Source of the DNA: Selaginella moellendorffii
Taxonomy: Eukaryota > Plantae > Lycopodiophyta
NCBI RefSeq assembly: GCF_000143415.4
Contig: NW_003314275.1
Coordinates: forward strand, 1,183,955 to 1,247,954
Length of the DNA stretch: 64,000 nucleotides
Direction: 5' to 3'
Below are positions 1-11,490 of this stretch, one piece after another; position 1 is the first letter of the stretch; each line of letters starts with the position of its first letter. The notes below the pieces were generated by a model, which worked only from the letters and a program-made list of their open reading frames with translations, had not been told where the DNA came from and did no database searches. The position numbers and the translations under genes are program-made.

Positions 1-196
1 CTCTAACCTTGAAGTTTTTCTTCCTTGACTTTTACGCACCTGACTAATTTCTTTCTTTGCTTTTTACTAATTATTGACTTTCCCGGCAGAATAAAAGTAT
101 ATCCGCACATTTGAATATATCAAGACAAGAGAGGTGACAATAAAAATGACTGGGGCTTCTCTCGTCTTTCATGCAGTCCGGGATCAGAAAAAAAAA

Positions 197-1162
197 ATGA
201 AAATCACTGCTTTCGTTACTGCTGCTCTTGTTTTGGCAATCCTCTCAATGGGTGTTGGATCTTTGATCCTTCGGCACCATGGTCCCCAAAGCATTCTTTC
301 TGCTAGCCGGGCAGTGATCTTCCGCAAGATTGTGGAAGTCATCATGGAAGAAGTCTCCAGGGTCCATACATACTCAGCTGGAATATCAATTGGAGATCTC
401 ACTCTACAAGTCGAAGGCCGTCTAGTCTCCATAACCGTCAGTGTAGCCGAGACATGGAGGAGTCTTTTTGGCGAGCTTCTCATGTGTAGCATCTTTCCCT
501 CACTGGGGATTGTCCAGAGACCCGGCACAAGGCTGATGATGGGCTTCATGAAGCTCTACCATGTTCTTGCCGACCTAGAATTAACAAAGGAAAACTATGC
601 TTCCATGGAGATTATTCACGAGAGGCTCTCGATCAGGTACACTGTCCTTGAAGAATCTGATTTAGAATCTGTTAGGATACTAGATCACTACCATGTAAAT
701 CGCACAAAAAGCGTTGATTATTTACGACTCGAGAGTGTTCCGGAGCTTTTGGATGGTCCTGGCGACGATGATGAGCACATACCAGACTGTTGGGTTTATA
801 AGTCATGCATGGTGGGTGGGGGCGAGGATTCAGACGTCTCACGCATCGACACTGATGGCTATCTTGAATCGGCCGATGGAGTCTATTTTCTCCGAATGCA
901 AAGAGATTGCAACCTTGTTTTATATCTTGGGAATCAGGCAGTGTGGGCAAGCAACACGCAAAACTGGGGGAAAGGATGTCACCTGAGGCTACAAGGGGAT
1001 GGCAACCTGGTTGTTTATGATGAGAATGGGGAGGCTATGTGGAGCAACAATAAGAATTGTGGGCGTGGGTGTGGTCTTCTCTATGCTATGTGTGTTGAGC
1101 CATCAGGGCATATTGTTGTGAATGACATAGGACATCAAACGTGCATCTGGATCAGTTCATAA
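197..1162 (+). CDS. Secreted chimeric bulb-type (GNA/B-) lectin: signal peptide + unknown ~170-aa domain + C-terminal mannose-binding domain (copy A1)
   Basis: Intronless ORF. Hydrophobic leader MKITAFVTAALVLAILSMGVGS from ATG 197 (alternative ATG 146). QxDxNxVxY motifs MQRDCNLVLY and LQGDGNLVVY, plus WASNT. Confidence 0.85.
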   Translation: MKITAFVTAALVLAILSMGVGSLILRHHGPQSILSASRAVIFRKIVEVIMEEVSRVHTYSAGISIGDLTLQVEGRLVSITVSVAETWRSLFGELLMCSIFPSLGIVQRPGTRLMMGFMKLYHVLADLELTKENYASMEIIHERLSIRYTVLEESDLESVRILDHYHVNRTKSVDYLRLESVPELLDGPGDDDEHIPDCWVYKSCMVGGGEDSDVSRIDTDGYLESADGVYFLRMQRDCNLVLYLGNQAVWASNTQNWGKGCHLRLQGDGNLVVYDENGEAMWSNNKNCGRGCGLLYAMCVEPSGHIVVNDIGHQTCIWISS

Positions 1163-1184
1163 GTCGTTGCAAAGATAGATTAAT

Positions 1185-1620
1185 AGTTCATCTCCACTTT
1201 TATTTAGGCACTATGCTTCGTTTCACCAAGTAAATGTAGTTGCACCAAGGGAATGGAAATGAGGCCTCAATGCCTCATTTCCATTTCCTCTTGTATCCAA
1301 CTATCGGTCTCATTAAAGTTCACTCTTAGGTTGGTTATGGATCAAGTACCTACCCGCGGGTTGGAATCCTTGTGAGGCTGTGTCCCAGCAAATCTCTTTG
1401 GGGATGGCTTTCACAATCTTGAGAGCAAAGCACCATACTCGTCCGTTCTATGGTTGACAACACCATCTTTAAATTAGGATTTGGTCACGAGCCACCGCGA
1501 ATTACCACCGAGGATCATCGCAACATCGCGTCACGATTGCCCTGCTCCCATCATCCTTTTTGATCCAGCCAGCTCCCCAAGATTTAGTTGGGGTGAGGGC
1601 ATGCTCAAGACTCCCATAGT
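1185..1620 (-). pseudogene. Heavily deleted remnant of the OPR gene
   Basis: Collinear blocks match OPR at 2940-4320, e.g. cgtttcaccaagt, tgcctcatttccat, ggatcaagta..gcgggttggaatcc, aatctctttgg, ccgttctat..gttgaca, separated by deletions. Confidence 0.75.
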
Positions 1621-1919
1621 GAAATATCTTTATCTTTATCTTTGCTAGAATCTATGGAATCTCTGCTCGTTCATTCGCTGGAGAACGAAGAGCAAAAAAA
1701 CTTCCCCCTAACCCACTTTTGTTTGTTTTTGGCAGACAGACAAAACAGAGAAGTTCATGAATAGTTGTCTCCTTGCTTAGAAGAACCGCATGTAGACTTT
1801 GACTTTCCTGGCAAATAAACGTATATCCGCACAATTGACGCTTAGAAATGACGAGAGGTCAAAATAAAAATGCTGCAACGCTTCTCTCTTCAATCGTACA
1901 TAGTCGGGATCAGGAAAGA

Positions 1920-2879
1920 ATGAAAATCGCCACCTTCATTGTTGCTGCTCTTATTGTGTCAATTCTCTCGACTGGTGTTTCTTTGATAGTTCGGCCGCAT
2001 GGCCCCCAAAGCATCCTTGCTTCTAGCCGGGCAGTGGTCTTCCGCAAGATTGTGGAGGTCATCATGAGAATCTCCAGGGTCGAGACGTATTCAGCTGGAA
2101 TTACATTCGGAGATCACACTCTGGAGGTCGAAGGCCGTCTAGTCTCCATAACCGTCGGTATAGCCGAGACGTGGAGGAGTCTTTTTGGCGATCTTCTCAT
2201 GTGTAGCATCTTCCCCTCACTGGGGATTGTCCAGAGGCCCGGCACAAGGCTGATGATGGGCCTCATGAATCTCTACCATGTTCTTACTAACCTTCAGATG
2301 ACAAAGCTAAATTATGCTTCCATGGAGATTATTCACGAGAGGCTCTCAATCAGGTACATTGTCCATGAAGAATCTGATTCAGAATCTGTTAAGATACTAG
2401 CTCACGACCATGTAAATCATACAAAAAGCATTGATTATTTACGACTGGAGAGTGTTCCAGAGCTTTTGGATGGTCCTGGCGACGATGATGAGCACATACC
2501 AGACTGTTGGGTTTATAAGTCATGCATGGTGGGTGGGGGCGAGGATTCAGACATCTCACGCATCGACACTGATGGCTATCTTGAATCGGCCGATGGAGTC
2601 TATTTTCTCCGAATGCAAAGAGATTGCAACCTTGTTTTATATCTTGGGAATCAGGTGGTGTGGGCAACCAACACGCAAAACTGGGGGAGAGGATGTTACC
2701 TGAGGCTACAAGTGGATGGCAACCTGGTTGTTTATGATGAAAATCGAAAGGTTATGTGGAGCAATAACAAGAATTGTGGGCGCTGGTGTGGTCTTCTCTA
2801 TGTTATGTGCATTGAGCCATCGGGGCATATTGTTGTTAATAATATAGGAGATCAAACGTGCATCTGGATCAGTTCATAA
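1920..2879 (+). CDS. Secreted chimeric bulb-type lectin (copy A2, tandem paralog of A1)
   Basis: Intronless ORF, highly similar to A1. Leader MKIATFIVAALIVSILSTGVS (alternative ATG 1848). Motifs MQRDCNLVLY and LQVDGNLVVY. Confidence 0.85.
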   Translation: MKIATFIVAALIVSILSTGVSLIVRPHGPQSILASSRAVVFRKIVEVIMRISRVETYSAGITFGDHTLEVEGRLVSITVGIAETWRSLFGDLLMCSIFPSLGIVQRPGTRLMMGLMNLYHVLTNLQMTKLNYASMEIIHERLSIRYIVHEESDSESVKILAHDHVNHTKSIDYLRLESVPELLDGPGDDDEHIPDCWVYKSCMVGGGEDSDISRIDTDGYLESADGVYFLRMQRDCNLVLYLGNQVVWATNTQNWGRGCYLRLQVDGNLVVYDENRKVMWSNNKNCGRWCGLLYVMCIEPSGHIVVNNIGDQTCIWISS

Positions 2880-2979
2880 GCCATGGTTGATGCAACGCTA
2901 AATTTGCAAGCGTGAAAATCTTCTATTTTTTTAAAACATGTTTTATCTCCAACTAATACTTTTATTAGCTATCGTTTTC

Positions 2980-4387
<1,408 letters not shown>

Positions 4388-4587
4388 GGCGCTGCTTGGA
4401 TCGCAATCGCAAAGGGATTGTGAGCTCTCATAGTCGAGGAGCCCACGACTCTGTGATTGGACGCTCCAGATTTGCCCACGAGGCAGAGCCCTATATTTCA
4501 AAATAGAGTCAAATCATCTTTTCTAGAAGGCCGTGTAAAAAGTATTTCGAGGTTTAGGGTTTGTATCCTCGATCGATCGATCGCGCC

Positions 4588-6063
4588 ATGGCGCTGGACG
4601 TAGCACAGGTGGTGCTCACGGCATTCGACACGAGCATGTCGCGGACATGGCGAGAGGAGGATCGGCGCTGGCGGTCCGAGGACAGAGTGTGGAGGGCCGA
4701 GGATCTCGAGTACCGGGCCGAGGAGCGCAAGTGTAGGAATCAAGAGCGGGCTATGCGCGAGGCCGAGCAGAGGTGAGAAATCCTGGAGCTGTGTCTGGAG
4801 AGATTTTTTCATGTTTTTTGATGTGCTTGGATGAAAGAGTGCCGCAGATGGAGAGATGAGGATATGGAGCAGCGGCATGTGGAGAATGCGCGCTACCTGT
4901 GGACGAGGTGAGTGAAATCCTCTCATTCATTTTGTATTGTTGTAGTGTGGAGTCTTCCTTTGATCGAGTTTTCTTTCCTTGCTCTCGGTTTTAATTCTTC
5001 TCTTGCCTTATAGGTTCGTGGAGAAAAATCGTAGGGACGTGGAAGAAAAGTCCGAGCAGCTTAAAGCGATCTCCAATCTGGCAGCCTTGTTTGCTGGTTT
5101 TGCTGTAGTAACTCTAACACAATTCACCATAGCTCCAGATCCAGTTTTAACTGTAAGTGTTTTTCTCTCTCGCGCTCTAGATATGAAGTTCTTGCTTCCG
5201 TGTTTCAACAGGTTTGGATCGCGTTTTATGGTGTACTGACTGCGATCGCTGTGAGTTTTTCATTTCACATCACTCGTACTTTATAGCTTTAACTTTGATG
5301 GTCTCGTTTAGGTTGGTCTCATGACGATATCCATGGTGACTTGTACTTTGATCTTGGGGAGCATACTAAAGAACGGCAAATCATACGTGAATGAAGAGGC
5401 CGAAGAGGAGTTCATGTTCAAGTGCCGTGACTTTGTGAAGTCTTACAGGACTGGAGACAAGCCACCGTCTCCTCGAAGAACTTTCGAAGCGTTTTGGGAG
5501 ATCAGGTTGGTTTTTCTCTCTTCTTCGTTTCCAGCATTTTTTAATTTTTTTTGTTTTGTTTCGTCATCTGTTTTCTTTTGCAATTTGCAGGTGTGAAGAT
5601 GACTGGAAGAGAGCTTTCCAGTTCTTTGCATGGGGTAGGCCGTTAAACTCCAGTTAGTGTTTTGTGACGTTTTCTCTTTTAACAGGGGTGCTGTCCTTCC
5701 TTTTCAGTTTGATCCCGATTGGGTGGGTGTATTTACCTTTTTTTTCTTCTGATACGATCGCCCTCCTCGCAGGTGGATAAAGTTTTATAACTCACGGCTC
5801 ACAGCGGGACTCTTCATGGGAGTGATTGCAGTATCAATCATAGTCTGGTGAGTAAAAAAGAAAGGAAATGGTACCTGATAAAACAATACTGGACTCGTTT
5901 CAGGGGCTTTGTACAATACTTATGGGGGGGATATCTCACCAAGACGTTTAGATACAACCGGACGAGCATAGCGGAAAGTGGGAGCAGCCATGCGGCCAGC
6001 ATCTCGGCTGGACTGCCATTCGATTGGCATATTGCTCCGGGGAGTGTAGATAGGCAAGTCTGA
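4588..6063 (+). CDS. ORAI: Orai/CRAC-channel-like four-TM protein (multi-exon)
   Basis: TM1 LKAISNLAALFAGFAVVTLTQF aligns without gaps to Orai1 [22 protein letters not shown]. Spliced TM3 GVLSFLFSLIPIGWIKF matches GTLLFLAEVVLLCWVKF. Four hydrophobic segments and short GT-AG introns. Confidence 0.85.
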
Positions 6064-6664
6064 CAAGAGGAAAAGAAAAGAACAATGACGTAGATCCGCA
6101 AAATAGAGTTCCCTGTCCAAGCCTTCCACTCGAGAACGAATCTTGTCATCATCCAGGGAGCTTGAATCTTCTCTTTCGTGCTTGAAAGCTCACTGGTTTC
6201 TATGTTCACTTTGTAGCTGGAAGGGAAAGTCGACTCGTAACAAAACCAACGAATAATTGAGTGTTACTGCATCCACGAGGTGCCACTTTTTCCCTTGCAT
6301 TCCTGTGCCTCTTCGCTGATAATTATTGTCCTTTGGCTGCAGGAAGGAAAAAAGAAATGGAAAGAATATTTGTGAATCAAATTGAAGCCCACTGGTCTGA
6401 CTTGAGATTTCCCATTCGAAACGTGCAGCCAGCCTTTGCAATCATTTCTGAGCGCCGCACTGGAGTAGTCGCAACCGACCACACAAATGGGGCTGAAACA
6501 ACGTACCCGATTTCCAGGGAGTGATATCCTTAATGCGTGCTGTAGAGAAAAATGATACGATCATCTCTGCGTATTATCCGCCATGAGTTTGCTCGATATA
6601 AACCGGAGGCGCTGCCTTCTCTTTTGCTCGTCACAAGAGAACATCACACTTCGAGTCCAGAGCT

Positions 6665-8570
6665 ATGTCTTCTGTGAATCCCAACTTTGCTTCCCAAGGA
6701 TGGAAGTCCGCGCCTTTTATCTTCGGTATGAACTTCTGTTTTCTCTGCTCCTACTGATGGTAGTTTCTGGTTTTTCTTCTTTCAGCTGCTATTGGACTGG
6801 AAAACATGGCCTTCCTTTCGGTCGGGATAAACTTGTTTCCATACATGTTTACCACGATGCACTTCTCCATTACCGATGCGGCCAACGCGGTTACCAATTT
6901 CATGGGAACTTCTTTTCTTCTCACTCTGCTGGGAGGATTTCTGTCTGACGTCTGCTTGAGCAAGTTCTGGACAATCAGCACTGGAGCAGCGATAGCATCT
7001 GTGGTAAGCAGGAGAGTTCTCTTTCTTTTACTTGTTGTTCTTATCTTTTATGTTTGACTGGACAGGGATTTACATTCTTGACACTTTCGTCTTCGATTCC
7101 CGCGCTGCGGCCGCCTCCATGTCCGTTACTCAGTCCAGAATGCCAGGAAGCGAGTGCCACCGGAAAGCTGGTTCTTTTCCTAGGACTCTACCTCGTTGCG
7201 ATCGGGAGTGGAGCTGTCAAGAGCAATCTAGCAGCACTCGGCGCGGATCAATTCGACAGCACGGCCAACTCGAAAGAGAAAAGAGAGATATCGACTTACT
7301 TCAACTGTGCTTTCGTGGCTTTTTGCTTGGGAGCCATCGTTGCTGTCACCGCGCTCGTCTACGTCCAGGACAACGTCTCTCGCCAATGCGGCTACGCCAT
7401 AGCTCTCGGCGCAGTGCTGCTGGCGACCATTTTCTTCGTTTCCGGTCGCAAGTTCTACCGAAGAACATCCCTGGGAAAGAATCCACTGCTCAGTGTTGCC
7501 CGAGTTTTCGTAGCGGCTCTATACAACTGGAGGGTGGCAGTGCCTTTGGATAGCAACGAGACGATTCAGGATGAAGAAGCTGGAGACAAAGTAGACAATT
7601 ATATTCAACGCACTCCACAGTTCAAGTAAGTGTTTTCAAACGATCAAGTATTGGCGAATAGAACTGACCAGCTTTTTTGTCTGTTTCCAGATTCTTGGAC
7701 AGAGCAGCAGTCCACACGAAAGCCATGACAAACGACACAATCCCGTGGAACCTCTGCACAGTGACACAAGTCGAGGAAGCCAAGATCGTGCTGAGGATTA
7801 TACCCGTTTTCGCGAGCACCATCATGATGAACTGCGTGCTGGGCCAGCTCCAGACATTCTCCCTGGCCCAAGGCAAGACCATGGATCGAAAAGTCACGCA
7901 CAAGTTCGAGATCCCGCCGGCATCGCTGCCGTTTTTCCCGCTGGCGATCATGGTGGTTTTGGTTCCGATCTACGACAGGCTCATCGTCCCGGTGATCCGG
8001 CGAGCAACAGGGCACGAGCACGGCATCACGCACCTCCAGAGAATCGGGATTGGACTTCTGCTCGCGGTTTCCTCCATGGCCATCGCAGCTCTGGTGGAGG
8101 AGAAGAGGATCCGCGTAGCAACAGCGAGCAGGCTTCTGGATCGTCCAGCCGAGATTATTCCCATGAGCATCTGCTGGCTTGGACTGCAGTACGTGACGTT
8201 TGGCATCGCGGACATGTTCACGTTCGTGGGCCTCCAGGAATTCTTCTACAGTGAATCTCCGGCCGGGCTCAAGAGCATGGCGACTTCGCTGGCGTACGTT
8301 TCCATCGCCATTGGCTACTTCATGAGCTCCTTGCTCGTCTCCATCGTGAACGCATGCACACGTAGGAAAGGTGGCGAAGGTTGGCTGCCAGACAATCTTA
8401 ACAGGAGCAGGCTTCGCGATTTTTACTGGCTCTTGGCGTGTCTTAGCACCGCCAACTTGATCAACTACGTCTTTTGGGCGTTGTGGTATCGGAGGGGAGA
8501 ACTTGCGGACAGGGAGCTGCGGAACAAGGAGAATCAGGATTTGGAAGTTATGAGCTCCGAGAATCAATAA
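6665..8570 (+). CDS. NRT1/PTR family (NPF, NPF4-like) transporter, 4 exons
   Basis: GWKSAPFIF, AANAVTNFMGTSFLLTLLGGFLSD, ALGADQFD, CTVTQVEEAK, LQRIGIGL, GLQEFFYSESP, FYWLLA. Confidence 0.93.
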
Positions 8571-8895
8571 CTTTTTTGGAAACATGCTCTTGTGGCAAGA
8601 CAAAGGATTAGAAAACAAAGGTGGCGCTATTGATCTTTTTCACCGGTATCAATATAGTATTGTCGCATCCTCAATGCTATTCTTTTTTAAGTTAACCAAG
8701 AAGCCAAATGTCAACCAGCAAGCGGAAATAGCAATGAAAGCAATGAGAAACATGTCTCTTTTATATGATAAAGTGAGCAAATTACCATCTGGACATCGGG
8801 AGGAGTTGTGAGTTTGCAACGCCTCCTCTCCCAAGTGAGACTTCTCAGAATTCTCATCAAGTTCTCATACTTTTCTTAAGGAATCCCTTTCCAAA

Positions 8896-10734
8896 ATGGA
8901 TAAAAGTACCTCATTCCGGGGATGGAAGGTGGCTCCTTACGTTTTTGGTACACACAAACGAAAAGATCCAGATCTCAAAACGTATGAATTCTCATGTTTT
9001 TCAATTCCAGGAACGGAAGCACTCCAGAGCATGGTCTACTTGACACTGGCACTCAACTTATCGACTTACGCAATCTTCAACCTGCATTACTCCCCAGCCG
9101 ACGGAGCCAAACTCCTGTGCGACTTCTCCGGAACGGCAACGCTACTCACCATCGCCGGGGGATACCTCTCCGACGTCTACATTTCCCAATTCACAGGAAT
9201 CATCATTGGAGAAATACTTGGAACGATTGTAAGCTACACAAAGTTTAGCTAATCTCTAAAACTTCCTTTTCTCCCTTCCAGGGAAGTGTCATATTGACAA
9301 TCTCAGCAGCAGTGCCAGCCTTGAGCCCTCCTCTATGTCCACTCTTCGATCCAAGCTGCGTCCGGCCAACAGGGAAACAAACAGCCATCTTCTACTTTGG
9401 GCTATACATTCTTGCGGTTGGCCTCGCGAACATCAAGCCAAACGCTCCAACTCTGGGGGCCGTGCAGTTCAACGAGAACGATCCGCAGCAGAAGAAGCAG
9501 CTGCTCAGCTACTTCAACTGGTTCCTCTTCAGCACTTGCATCGGCGCGTTTCCAGCAGTCACTGTGATCTCCTACGCCCAGGAGCAGGTAAACGCTGCAT
9601 GGGGATTTGGAATCCCGGCAATTGTCTTGGCCGTTTCCATCTTCGTCGTCTGTATGGGCATGCCTTACCGAGCAAAAGAACGCAAAGGAAGCCCCATCAC
9701 CGGCATCGCCATGGTTTTCGTAGCAGCGGCCAGGAAGTGGAAGCTCAAGTCTCCTGATTCCATCGAAGAACTCCACCAGCCCATCGAAGACTTGCAGCAT
9801 CTCCCTCACACGAACCAGTTCTTGTAAGTATTTTGCTGATTTGGAAAGAACTTTCATTGCTCACCACCTTTTGCATGCATTCAAAAGGTTCCTTGACAGA
9901 GCTGCCATCAGAACAAACGACGAGGAGAAGCACTCCCGCTGGAGGCTGTGCTCTGTCACGCAGATCGAGGAAGTCAAGGCAGTGCTCAACATACTCCCAA
10001 TCTTCGCTTGCACCATCATCGTCAGCTGCATTCTCTCCCAGCTCCAGACCTTTACCCTGCTGCAAGCTGCCACGCTCGAGCGTAAGATTGGCAAACACTT
10101 CGTGATGCCCCTGGCATCGCTCGCAGTCTTCCCGGTTCTTGCAATCCTCTTACTGATGCCGCTCTACGACCAGCTTTTGGTGCCGTTTCTACGCAAGATC
10201 ACCGGGAACGAGCGCGGCATTAGCCACCTTCAGAGAGTTGGGATCGGGCTTGTTATTTGCACACTCTCTATGGTCGTCGCGGCGATTGTCGAGACCAAGC
10301 GGCTCAAAGTTGCCCGCGAGAACAATGCGCTTGACAATCCAGCGGCTGTTCTTCCAATGAGCGCCTTCTGGATGGCCTTCCAATTTCTCGTGTTTGGAAT
10401 CGGTGAGCTTTTCACGGTGGCGGGGCTCCTGGATTTCTTCTACACCGAATCTCCTGAAAACATGCGAGCCATGGGGATCTCTCTCGTCAACGTCTCCTTC
10501 TCATTCGGATACTTTCTGAGCAGTGTCATAGTGTCGCTTGTCAACGCTCGAACCAAGCCCGACTGGCTTCCCGAGAACATGAACCGGGGGCGGCTCCACA
10601 GCTTCTACTGGCTCCTGGCTGCCATGGGAGCCATCAACTTCGTGAACTATTTGTTTTGGTCGTGGTGGTACAGGCCGAGGATGGAGTATGAGAGTCAGCT
10701 AGAAAGCTTCAAAAGTGTAGAAAATGTGGCATGA
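8896..10734 (+). CDS. NRT1/PTR family (NPF) transporter, tandem paralog, 4 exons
   Basis: GWKVAPYVF, LGAVQFNE, YFNWF, CSVTQIEEVK, LQRVGIGL, GLLDFFYTESP, FYWLLA. Confidence 0.93.
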
Positions 10735-11490
10735 TCAAATGAAAACACAGTGTCAGATTTGCAAAAAATGTGGTTTAAAATGTCATTATTATTAAAGTCT
10801 AAAAGTAGATAAAGTATAAAAAATAACCACATCATAGTAAAAGTTACTTTACCACTTTCTTTTTTCATCAAAATTTATGCTTAATACAAAATACAAAATA
10901 AATGTGATTTCAATATATTATTTGCTAGTTTTTTTTTCTGTTTATATCTACAATCTATGCTATTAAGAGTTTTATTTATTCAACTCCTGATGTACAATTA
11001 TGTTATGTGATTGTGGTGGTAGAAGAAAAAGATATCATAGACAAAGTGAATATTTTATTTTGGAAACAAAAATATTGAACAAAAACTGGGTTAGGTATTA
11101 AATTTACTTTATATGTCAGGTTATGAAGAAACCAAGATACTGTAAAAACTAAAAATAATATTCTAGAAGCTTTTTAATTTTATATATAGAAAGTTGTAGA
11201 AATTATAAAAGTGGTGGATGATAACCATCACTAAATATATAGAATAACATAAAAATTTATTCTACAAAGCTATACTTGGATTTACCTTGTCAATAATTAA
11301 ATATCTTTAATTTATTAGTGTGTTAGATTAAAGATGATCCTAGATTGAGCTCTTTAATTGTCAATGCTTTTAGCTTGCTTACAAGTGTTACATTTGGGGA
11401 CCGAAGCAGCATCCAAGTGTTGAATTTGGCCCTGGAATTGTCGAGGACCCGGTGTCGAGAACTTTTCCATGTTCTAAGGTGTGTCCTAGC

